From the NCBI GenBank assembly GCA_048886185.1, contig JBHLKY010000042.1, positions 4,861 to 16,102 of the forward strand: a stretch of 11,242 bases of DNA. Direction: 5' to 3'. The notes under the pieces were generated by a model. That model made no database searches. It saw only the letters and a program-made list of their open reading frames with translations, and was not told where the DNA came from. Below, piece by piece: positions 1-7,136 of this stretch (positions within the stretch are counted from its first letter, which is position 1; every line of letters begins with the position of its first letter). The DNA is from Candidatus Hermodarchaeota archaeon (GTDB lineage: Archaea > Asgardarchaeota > Heimdallarchaeia > Hodarchaeales > Hodarchaeaceae). Both the position numbers and the translations under genes were made by a program.

Positions 1-137
1 TTTATAGTGAAATTTTCTTAATAGAGATCTGGTTCCTACTATAATCAATAGGTTAAATTAAGAAGAATGTTAATATTGGTCTCCAAATTCAAATATAGAA
101 TACAAAGGGACATACTTGGAATTTTATCTTTGTTTGA

Positions 138-1193
138 ATGGTGGCAATAATTGTTATGCTAAAATCAAAACAAATAATCTTAGACCTGAGTGCCTACATA
201 GATCAGTCAATAATTGAAGCAAAAATCAAAGAAGCATTAGCCCACAACATATATGATTTTATTCTCCCTCTCGAAGTAGATTCATCAAATATTATTCTTG
301 ATTCTAAATCCTTACCTATTACTTTTCTGAAAATCACTGATTTTAAAACTGTCCACCAAATTTCAGCTAATTCAGAGCCAGAATTACGCTCTTTGTTTGA
401 ATCATCAGCTAAAATTTGTTTTGATCTTTCAAAAAATGAATGGGAAGTTATTCCATTAGAAAACATAATAGCTTGGGCTACAAATACTGCCTCTAAGATC
501 TATTCTAGGGTTAACTCCCTTGGAAAACTCAATTTACATTTTGAAATCCTTGAAAAAGGTGTTGATGGTGTAATTATTGATGAAAAAGCAGTAAACTATG
601 CTGAATTAGATAAAGTCAGGCTAAAATTAACTGATACATGTTTATCGTTAACCGAAGTAAAAATTGTTGAAATCAAGTCAGTTGGTTCTGGTGATCGTTG
701 TTGTTTAGATACTGCAGTTCTTTTAGACGATACGGAAGGAATGTTAATTGGTAATTTTTCTAGTGGATTTTTTCTTATTAGAGCAGAAAACATCCTTACA
801 GATCAGATACCACCTCGGCCTTTCCGAGTTAATGCTGGAGCTGTCCACTGTTACCTTTATACACCCACTAAAACCTTCTATTTATCAGAATTAAAATCGG
901 GATCGGAAGTTTTTGTTGTCAATAACGAAGGACGTGGGCGTTGTGTACCACTTGGCCGTAATAAAATTGAACAGCGCCCAATGGTTCAAGTTACAGCTGA
1001 AACGGATGTGGATAAAGAGTCAATCAGCATCATTGTGCAGCTAGCTGAAACAATAAGATTTGGAGCTAGAACAGAACGGGGATATATAACTGTGGACCAG
1101 CTTAAGTCTGGTGATAAGGTTTTAGCATATTTTCCTTCAACTAAATCCAGGCATTTTGGAACGGAAATCAATGAGTCCATCCAAGAAATATAA
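138..1193 (+). CDS. aroB': 3-dehydroquinate synthase II (MJ1249/AroB' family; homologous to GriH-type 3,4-AHBA synthase)
   Basis: Family motifs GSGDRCCLDT (cf. GxGDRVCVDT), PFRVNAGAVHCY, YLSELKSG, GRNKIEQRP, QLAETIRF and C-terminal RHFGTEINESIQE. Alternative start ATG 156 (MLKSKQIILD, GGTGG at 140-144) is equally plausible. Confidence 0.93.
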   Translation: MVAIIVMLKSKQIILDLSAYIDQSIIEAKIKEALAHNIYDFILPLEVDSSNIILDSKSLPITFLKITDFKTVHQISANSEPELRSLFESSAKICFDLSKNEWEVIPLENIIAWATNTASKIYSRVNSLGKLNLHFEILEKGVDGVIIDEKAVNYAELDKVRLKLTDTCLSLTEVKIVEIKSVGSGDRCCLDTAVLLDDTEGMLIGNFSSGFFLIRAENILTDQIPPRPFRVNAGAVHCYLYTPTKTFYLSELKSGSEVFVVNNEGRGRCVPLGRNKIEQRPMVQVTAETDVDKESISIIVQLAETIRFGARTERGYITVDQLKSGDKVLAYFPSTKSRHFGTEINESIQEI

Positions 1194-1860
1194 CCATATT
1201 TGTGGTGTTGTTACCGCTAAGACCGTTGACGAAGCGTTAACAATCATGGGAAGATACCATTTCTTAAGATTCATCGAAATTAGAGTTGATTATTTTGATA
1301 ATCCAATAGAAGCCTTGAGAGAGCTTTCTACAGAACCCATTAACTTACCAACAAAATGTATACTTACATACCGCTATCCTGAACACCAGAATTCATGGGA
1401 TTTTGTTCAACAAATATATACAAAAATTATCGAGCTAAAACCATCAATGGTTGATTTTAATTTTACATTAATAAAATTGTATCCTGCCTTCTTAGATCTA
1501 TGCAAAAAATATGAAGTCAGACCTATTTTATCAGCTCATCTCAATGATACTCCAGAAGTAGAACAATTAAAACACCTTCACAATGATCTTAACAATCTAT
1601 CAGCCAGTAGTATTAAAAAGATAGTTACAACAGCTCATTGTCTGGAAGACAACTTTACAACTTTAACTTTCTTGAATTCCTCTTCAAAAACTGATCTAAT
1701 TTGTTTTAGCTTAAGTCTCATTGGTCGTCTATCACGTATTCTATGCACATTCTATGGTTCTCTTCTTACATATGTTACTTTATCTAACGACAGGGTGGGG
1801 CCTGGTATATTAACTTTAGAAGAATATGAAAGGGTAGTCTCGATGTTATGTCTTGATTAA
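1171..1860 (+). CDS. aroD: Type I 3-dehydroquinate dehydratase, divergent
   Basis: EIRVDYF (ExRxD), LTYR, ILSAH (catalytic His), IKKIV (Schiff-base Lys), GRLSRI, GSLLTY and PG loop. ATG 1171 is preferred over the track's TTG 1156; it overlaps the aroB' stop by 23 bp. Confidence 0.85.
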   Translation: MSPSKKYNHICGVVTAKTVDEALTIMGRYHFLRFIEIRVDYFDNPIEALRELSTEPINLPTKCILTYRYPEHQNSWDFVQQIYTKIIELKPSMVDFNFTLIKLYPAFLDLCKKYEVRPILSAHLNDTPEVEQLKHLHNDLNNLSASSIKKIVTTAHCLEDNFTTLTFLNSSSKTDLICFSLSLIGRLSRILCTFYGSLLTYVTLSNDRVGPGILTLEEYERVVSMLCLD

Positions 1861-1890
1861 CAGGAATTTGTAGAATTATATGTATCATCA

Positions 1891-1922
1891 AATCATTTGT
1901 TCATGATTGAAATGTATAAAAG
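1891..1922 (+). promoter_or_regulatory. Possible internal promoter (TATAAAAG 1915-1922) preceded by a short inverted repeat AATCAT-N6-ATGATT (1891-1908)
   Basis: TATA-like box about 40 nt upstream of the ADH synthase start in a 96-102 bp intergenic gap. Such motifs arise easily in AT-rich DNA. Confidence 0.3.
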
Positions 1923-1962
1923 AAAGTAGAAAGAAAAGGAAAGAAAATTAGAGGCATTGATA

Positions 1963-2766
1963 ATGTCATTTCGTATGCATCGTATTTGTAAAGGTGGTCG
2001 TTTTCTCATTATCCCAATGGATCATGGATTTACGATTGGTCCAGTTACGGGGCTAATTGATATTAATAAGACTGTGGAAGCTGTTTCTAGTGGTGGTGCA
2101 ACTGCTATTCTGGGCCATAAAGGTTTTCTCCAGAGTATTGATCCTGAAATAATAGAGCCAACAACAGGTATCATTCTTCATATGAGCGGTAGCACTTCTT
2201 TTGGTCCAGATCCAAATTCTAAAGTGCTTATTGCATCATTAGACGATGCTTTTCGACTTGGTGTTGATGGTATTTCAGTTCATGTTAATGTTGGTGGATC
2301 TGATTATGAACCAAAAATGCTCTCAGATCTTGGTCAAATTGCTACAGAGAGTCAACAGTACAATATTCCCCTAATGGCTATGATGTACGCTCGTGGATCA
2401 AACATTGTAAATTCTTTCGATGCTAAAGTAATAGCCCATGCTGCAAGAATTGGCGCGGAATTAGGAGTAGATATTATCAAATGTAATTACACGGGTGATT
2501 CTGAAACATTTCGCGATGTTGTAAGGGGTTGTCCAAAACCTATAGTGATTGCTGGTGGCCCAAAGATGGATAATTCTTCAGAACTCATTAATATGGTTTG
2601 TGGAGCTATGGAAGCAGGAGCAGCAGGTATATCAATAGGGAGAAATATTTTTCAACATGATGATCCTAAACTCATAACACAAACAATGGCAAAGATTATC
2701 TTTGAAAACTACAGCCTGCAAAAAGCAACAAGCTTTTATGAAAGCCACGTTAATAAAATTGTGTGA
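1963..2766 (+). CDS. aroA': 2-amino-3,7-dideoxy-D-threo-hept-6-ulosonate (ADH) synthase, DhnA-type class I aldolase (MJ0400/AroA' family; homologous to GriI)
   Basis: PMDHG, GHKG, ILHMSGST, ISVHVNVG, MMYARG, AARIGAELGVDIIK (Schiff-base Lys), IAGGPK, GRNIFQH; clustered with DHQ synthase II. Start is ATG 1963 or TTG 1957 (in-frame TAG at 1927-1929). Not EPSP synthase despite the similar symbol. Confidence 0.9.
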   Translation: MSFRMHRICKGGRFLIIPMDHGFTIGPVTGLIDINKTVEAVSSGGATAILGHKGFLQSIDPEIIEPTTGIILHMSGSTSFGPDPNSKVLIASLDDAFRLGVDGISVHVNVGGSDYEPKMLSDLGQIATESQQYNIPLMAMMYARGSNIVNSFDAKVIAHAARIGAELGVDIIKCNYTGDSETFRDVVRGCPKPIVIAGGPKMDNSSELINMVCGAMEAGAAGISIGRNIFQHDDPKLITQTMAKIIFENYSLQKATSFYESHVNKIV

Positions 2767-2778
2767 TTACTATCGGAA

Positions 2779-3702
2779 GTGAAAATCATAGTTACCTTAA
2801 AAAAACGTATATATGGTCATTTAGTCCTTGTGCGTCCTTTACAGCTTTTCTGGCTTGATATTGTCGCTGGTTTTTCAGGTGTAGTTGTATTATTACAAGG
2901 ATTTCCTGATTTCTCAGATGTAATGTTCTTTTTTGCAATTTCTCTATTGGCTGACGCAGGCGCATGTACTTTTAATGATATAGCAGATATTGAGGTTGAC
3001 AGCAAGTCCATTGAATCGCGACGTTTTCGTCCGTTAGTTGTTGGAACTGTTTCAGTCCGCTCTGCTTGGATTCAAGGATTACTCTTGTATTGCTTGAGTG
3101 CTTTCTTGGCTTTCTTTATTAATCCTACTTTCTTTCTATTAACAATTCTAATGCTAATCTGGGCATTTCAATATTCCTTTCCACCATTACGTCTCACAGG
3201 ACGTCCATATATTTCCCAAGTTTATTGGGTAGTTTTCGTTTGTCTCTGGATAGCTCTTTTAACCTCTTATTTGGAACTACCATTTATTAAAAGTTTTTTC
3301 GACATATTTCCTTATTTAATGTATATGATGTTTTATTTATGTTTAGGAGAAACTATGGCGAAAGACATTCGAGATTGGGACAATGATAAATCTGCTGGAA
3401 AAAACACTACAACTGTTGTTATAGGACCTGCACGTGCAAGTGATTGGTCATTTGGCCTTGGATTTCTAGGTTGCTTGGGTTGGTTTTGGGCTGCTATTAG
3501 CTATAAACTTCATTTCTTTGTTATTATTGCTTTTGGTGCTATTGCTATACCGACATTTTACCTATTCTATCAATATCGCTCAAAATTACAGGTTGAATAT
3601 AATAAGATAATTGGACGTCACTTTCATGTAACTTATCTTCTATCAATGGCATTAATAACAATTTTGACAACTTTCTCTATTGGTTTTCAAGTGATAATGT
3701 GA
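2779..3702 (+). CDS. UbiA-superfamily membrane prenyltransferase, acceptor unknown
   Basis: N-terminal LVRP, first Asp-rich motif FNDIADIEVD...RPL, YSFPPLRL, second motif KDIRDWDNDKSAGKNT..V.IG, about 8-9 hydrophobic segments. GTG start 12 nt after the aroA' stop. Confidence 0.9.
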   Translation: MKIIVTLKKRIYGHLVLVRPLQLFWLDIVAGFSGVVVLLQGFPDFSDVMFFFAISLLADAGACTFNDIADIEVDSKSIESRRFRPLVVGTVSVRSAWIQGLLLYCLSAFLAFFINPTFFLLTILMLIWAFQYSFPPLRLTGRPYISQVYWVVFVCLWIALLTSYLELPFIKSFFDIFPYLMYMMFYLCLGETMAKDIRDWDNDKSAGKNTTTVVIGPARASDWSFGLGFLGCLGWFWAAISYKLHFFVIIAFGAIAIPTFYLFYQYRSKLQVEYNKIIGRHFHVTYLLSMALITILTTFSIGFQVIM

Positions 3703-3753
3703 TGAATACATTTCTTAAGACATTCTTTGTCGTAATTCATGCATGGTGAAATA

Positions 3754-4650
3754 ATGGAATCCTTTCCAGTTAGGAAAAAATCAATTACTAAACAAATTCT
3801 TATCAATCTAGGTATATTAGTTAGTTCTTTAATTTGTAGTTTTCTTTTTGTTAATGTATTTCTTAATTTTCTCGCGTCGCAATGGTATTATGATTTGGAT
3901 ACACAAATTATAGGTGATGAAACTGAGTTATTGTATAATTTGGGAAAATTATTTCAGCTATTTGGTTTAATTGTCGCTATTGGTTTATCAAGCCTTATCG
4001 TAATTGCTTTTTTCAGAAACATTCGTCAAAAAAACTTCTCTAGATTCGCGCAGTTTTCCATAGCTTGGTTTTTCATAATCTTAGGGGTAATTACTGGTTT
4101 TACATTCTTTTTTCCTGAGGGGACTGGTGTTTTAGCAGATAGAGAATTCTATTGGAGAGCTGCTTTTCCTTTTGCAATAATAGGAGTCGGTTTTTCCATT
4201 CTTATGACCACTGAAGTAATAGAGAGTCAGAAAAAAGGAAAAAAACTGATTCTATGGCTAGTAATGCTAACTTTGTTATCTTTGGGAATCTTTACAACCA
4301 TTAGTTATGATAAAATCCATCCTTGGGGTCAAGATGCAAACCACCCTTGGATGCTAAGTTTGTCCCTAGGAGCTCATTATCTGGTAACATTTTGGATAAT
4401 AGGAATGTCTTTCGTATTATTAACGATCAAAATTCGTTTTTACATGGCTTGGAACGATTTAATTAATATTTCAGCATGTTGCAGTTCTTTAATAACTTTC
4501 ATAGTAGCATTTCCCCCATTTATTCCAAGAGGTGTAACTTATATTGAGTTATACAGATATTTTGCGGTGATTTTAATATTGGGGGCTATTTCAATGCTTC
4601 TATGGAGTATTAATGAAATAATTAAACAAAAATTAGATGGAAATAAGTAA
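3754..4650 (+). CDS. Hypothetical integral membrane protein (~8 TM by eye)
   Basis: Long ORF with repeated hydrophobic 20-aa stretches. GGTGA at 3745-3749 sits 4 nt before ATG 3754, favouring it over ATG 3739. Confidence 0.85.
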   Translation: MESFPVRKKSITKQILINLGILVSSLICSFLFVNVFLNFLASQWYYDLDTQIIGDETELLYNLGKLFQLFGLIVAIGLSSLIVIAFFRNIRQKNFSRFAQFSIAWFFIILGVITGFTFFFPEGTGVLADREFYWRAAFPFAIIGVGFSILMTTEVIESQKKGKKLILWLVMLTLLSLGIFTTISYDKIHPWGQDANHPWMLSLSLGAHYLVTFWIIGMSFVLLTIKIRFYMAWNDLINISACCSSLITFIVAFPPFIPRGVTYIELYRYFAVILILGAISMLLWSINEIIKQKLDGNK

Positions 4651-5488
4651 ATTGGTAGAAGAATCGGAACTGGAAGCTGTTTGCATTTACGTTCAGTGGG
4701 TAGTAAATACAATAGGGAAAATACCTGCTGGGGAACAATTTATTAGCAATACAATTTATGAAATCTTTAATGTATCAATCTACTTGTTCTTACCGATTAA
4801 TTTGCTGTTATGGACAATTTTTGTGATCCAAATACTGAATGTCAGACAAGAAAAAACAATAGTTGAAAAAATAGAAATATTACTAATACCAAGTTTGCTG
4901 GTAATTGGTACTTCAGAAGTTTGTATCCGATTTGTTCTAAGTGGTTCATTGGAATCTATCAAATTGGATTTAGACTATAAAGGCTGGATTCTTATCTTTA
5001 TTTGCTGGATTTATCTAGTAATTATTCTAGAAACATCTAAGCTGATTTTACAAGATACTTCTATCGTTATTCCAACCATCAATAAATCAGAACTTAATGT
5101 GATATTAGCTCTTGTTCTAAGCATAATTTGGATTGGCATCCGTATAGTATTTGGGATTAATCAAAGTCTGTTGTTCTTAGAGTTTGTTAACATTATAAGT
5201 TTGTTATTGATTATTTTTATAACGTTAACAAAAGAGATGACACCAAAAATTCTTTTTCACTGGTTATTCATCATCAGTGTTTTATTCATAGTTCTTATTG
5301 TCTACCCTGGGATAATGGTTGATCCTCCAAAGATGGAAACACAGACCTATATTTATTTACGTAACCAATTCATTGGTATGGGCGTAATGGGAATCATCTG
5401 GACGCTTTTGCTTAGTCTTCTTGAACGAAATGAGTATTCAAGCAATCCATCACAGACCAAAGTAGGACATGTACTCCAATATGATTAA
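4637..5488 (+). CDS. Hypothetical integral membrane protein (~7 TM by eye), probable distant paralog of the upstream gene
   Basis: 283-aa hydrophobic ORF overlapping the upstream stop by 14 bp. Shares NIRQK/NVRQEK and TYIxLxxxF...GxI..LL.S..E patterns with it. Confidence 0.85.
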   Translation: MEISKLVEESELEAVCIYVQWVVNTIGKIPAGEQFISNTIYEIFNVSIYLFLPINLLLWTIFVIQILNVRQEKTIVEKIEILLIPSLLVIGTSEVCIRFVLSGSLESIKLDLDYKGWILIFICWIYLVIILETSKLILQDTSIVIPTINKSELNVILALVLSIIWIGIRIVFGINQSLLFLEFVNIISLLLIIFITLTKEMTPKILFHWLFIISVLFIVLIVYPGIMVDPPKMETQTYIYLRNQFIGMGVMGIIWTLLLSLLERNEYSSNPSQTKVGHVLQYD

Positions 5489-5507
5489 CGAAAAAGTGTA
5501 CCAAAAA

Positions 5508-5568
5508 GTCGAACAGCCCGTTCGGAATAGCAAACACGCTGTAGGAATTTCACGGCCAAGCGTTCGAT
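5508..5568 (+). other. attC-like 61-bp imperfect palindrome (candidate integron recombination site or structured element)
   Basis: Ends GTCGAAC (5508-5514) and GTTCGAT (5562-5568) are complementary. Inner arms CCGT-[TC]-GGAAT (5518-5528) pair with ATTTC-ACGG (5547-5555). 32/60 GC by hand count. Starts 19 nt after a stop codon. Confidence 0.4.
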
Positions 5569-5606
5569 TATATAGGTATTTAAAGATGCCATTAGAAGAG
5601 TTAGTC

Positions 5607-5633
5607 ATTATTGATGGTTAATCCATTAATAAT
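5607..5633. repeat. 27-bp near-perfect inverted repeat ATTATTGATGG-TTAAT-CCATTAATAAT
   Basis: 11-bp arms matching 10/11 (one G-T) with a 5-nt spacer; read directly. Confidence 0.8.
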
Positions 5634-5657
5634 TCAATAGTCTAAATTTCTAAATTA

Positions 5658-5680
5658 AGGAAATATAAACAATCTAGATT
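5658..5680 (+). promoter_or_regulatory. Putative archaeal promoter (purine-rich BRE-like AGGAAA + TATAAA 5664-5669) followed by perfect palindrome AATCTAGATT (5671-5680)
   Basis: TATA-like box 42 nt upstream of ATG 5712; GGAGA at 5700-5704 is a possible RBS. Confidence 0.4.
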
Positions 5681-5711
5681 TGAAATCCAATAGAAAATTG
5701 GAGATGTTGAA

Positions 5712-6371
5712 ATGAAATGGTATTTTCCAATTCTGGGAGCACTACTTTTGATTTTTTTTTCTCCTTTCATTGATAAGGACTTACCAGTGGTTTTACCTGT
5801 ACAAACTGAAGGTAAAAAATTTATGATTCCAGTAGGTGCCTTGTGGTTTGATCTCACCTCTTCAGAACCAATAAAAAGGTTTGCTTTAGCAGAGTTTTAT
5901 CCAGATCAATCATTTATTGGTCGGTATGATATTAAGATCGAGGGTAATTTATATTTGGAAGACTATTCCCCTGCTTGCAGTGTTATTTGCCGAAATCTAT
6001 GGAACAGCTCAGACGTTCCACATGAGATGTCTACGAGTGATTTTTTTCATGAAACGTATACCTATAGTTACAGCCAACCAACAATACACAACTCAGATTT
6101 TTCTATACAACTAGAACTAAAAGCTGACACGGAAATATCAACCCAAAATCCAGTTAAAGGATGGTTCTTATTGAAAGTGATTCATGATGGGGTAACTGAA
6201 AAACCTGATGATTTCACCATGCCAACGCCCGTGGATACAACAACAGCTACTGACACCACAGAAACAGAAACGATAGATTCAAACTCCAAACAAGAAGTTT
6301 CTTTTACAAATAGTTTCATTTGCTTTCTTTCCTTGGGAGTGCTCTTTCTCATACAAAAAAAGTTCAAATAG
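5712..6371 (+). CDS. Hypothetical secreted/cell-surface protein, copy 1
   Basis: N-terminal hydrophobic signal, beta-strand-like core with CSVIC, Thr-rich linker (PTPVDTTTATDTTETET), C-terminal TM plus basic tail (QKKFK). Confidence 0.88.
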   Translation: MKWYFPILGALLLIFFSPFIDKDLPVVLPVQTEGKKFMIPVGALWFDLTSSEPIKRFALAEFYPDQSFIGRYDIKIEGNLYLEDYSPACSVICRNLWNSSDVPHEMSTSDFFHETYTYSYSQPTIHNSDFSIQLELKADTEISTQNPVKGWFLLKVIHDGVTEKPDDFTMPTPVDTTTATDTTETETIDSNSKQEVSFTNSFICFLSLGVLFLIQKKFK

Positions 6372-6391
6372 ACCCTTAGAGTGGCTATCAA

Positions 6392-7051
6392 ATGGAATGG
6401 CGATCCTTGTTTCTGGTAGTTTTTCTTATTACTTTTATTTTCTCTTTCACCATCAAAGACTTATCAATGGTTTTACCTGAACCAACTGAAGGTAAAATAT
6501 TTAGAGTGCCAGGAGGTGCCTTATGGTTCAATCTCACCTCTTCAGAACCAGTAAAAAGGTTTACCTTAACAGAATTTTACCCAGATCAATCATTTATTGG
6601 TCGGTATGATATTAAAATCGACAGTATGTTGTATTTAATAGATCATTCTCCTGTTTGTAGTGTTATTTGCCGAAATCTATGGAATAGCTCAGATGCTCCT
6701 CATGAGATGTCTACAAGTGAAGATTTTCATAAAACATATACCTATAGTTACAGCCAACCAACAGTGGATAATTCGGATTTTTCTATACAACTGAAATTAA
6801 GAGCTGAAACGGAAATACCAACCCAAAATCCAGTTAAAGGATGGTTCCTATTGAAAGTGATTCATGATGGGGTAACTGATAAACCTGATGATTTCACCAT
6901 GCCAACACCTGTGGATACAGCAACAACTACTAACACTACAGAAACAGAAACGATGGATTCAAACTCCAAACAAGAAGTTTCCTTTATAAACAGTTTTATT
7001 TGCTTTCTTTCTTTGGGAATGCTCTTTCTCTTGAAAAAAAAGGTCAGGTAA
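6392..7051 (+). CDS. Hypothetical secreted/cell-surface protein, copy 2
   Basis: Same length (219 aa) and architecture as copy 1; 165/219 identical by ungapped hand alignment. Confidence 0.88.
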   Translation: MEWRSLFLVVFLITFIFSFTIKDLSMVLPEPTEGKIFRVPGGALWFNLTSSEPVKRFTLTEFYPDQSFIGRYDIKIDSMLYLIDHSPVCSVICRNLWNSSDAPHEMSTSEDFHKTYTYSYSQPTVDNSDFSIQLKLRAETEIPTQNPVKGWFLLKVIHDGVTDKPDDFTMPTPVDTATTTNTTETETMDSNSKQEVSFINSFICFLSLGMLFLLKKKVR

Positions 7052-7136
7052 ACCCTTGAAGTGGCTATCATATGAACTATTGGCATTCATTAACAAGAAA
7101 ATAGAAAAAAAAAAGTCGTAATAATGAGGGTATAGC

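Larger units (their letters stand above)
5712..7092 (+). repeat. Tandem direct duplication, period exactly 680 bp, no indels, extending through the 3' spacer
   Basis: 5901-5935 is identical to 6581-6615; 6139-6226 vs 6819-6906 has 2 mismatches in 88 bp. Spacers ACCCTTAGAGTGGCTATCAAATG and ACCCTTGAAGTGGCTATCATATG align. Confidence 0.97.

Noticed and set aside
3699-3753. Box C (GTGATGA) suggesting a C/D sRNA
   Set aside because: It is made of the ubiA stop plus a second TGA, and no CTGA box D follows.
3754-5488. Microbial rhodopsin or heliorhodopsin identity for the 7-TM proteins
   Set aside because: No Lys (DxxxK or SxxxK) in the last helix of either protein.
5510-5524. LexA/Cheo box-like CGAAC-N-GTTCG
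   Set aside because: The spacer is 5 nt rather than the canonical 4, and the context is archaeal; better explained as part of the 61-bp element.
5556-5576. tRNA T-loop-like GTTCGATT
   Set aside because: Flanks cannot form a T-stem, and there is no cloverleaf or acceptor stem on either strand.
5485-5592. 35-aa minus-strand ORF MASLNTYIIERLAVKFLQRVCYSERAVRLFGTLFR
   Set aside because: No RBS and no recognisable motif; it is probably open because it crosses the GC-richer palindrome. It cannot be fully excluded without expression data.
5483-5623. Alternative 141-bp attC defined by GATTAAC / GTTAATC
   Set aside because: The ends are complementary but the would-be L boxes do not pair; GTTAATC is the centre of the separate 27-bp inverted repeat.
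6182-7086. Two similar minus-strand ORFs (6182-6391, 6862-7086)
   Set aside because: Their similarity is just the antisense image of the 680-bp duplication.
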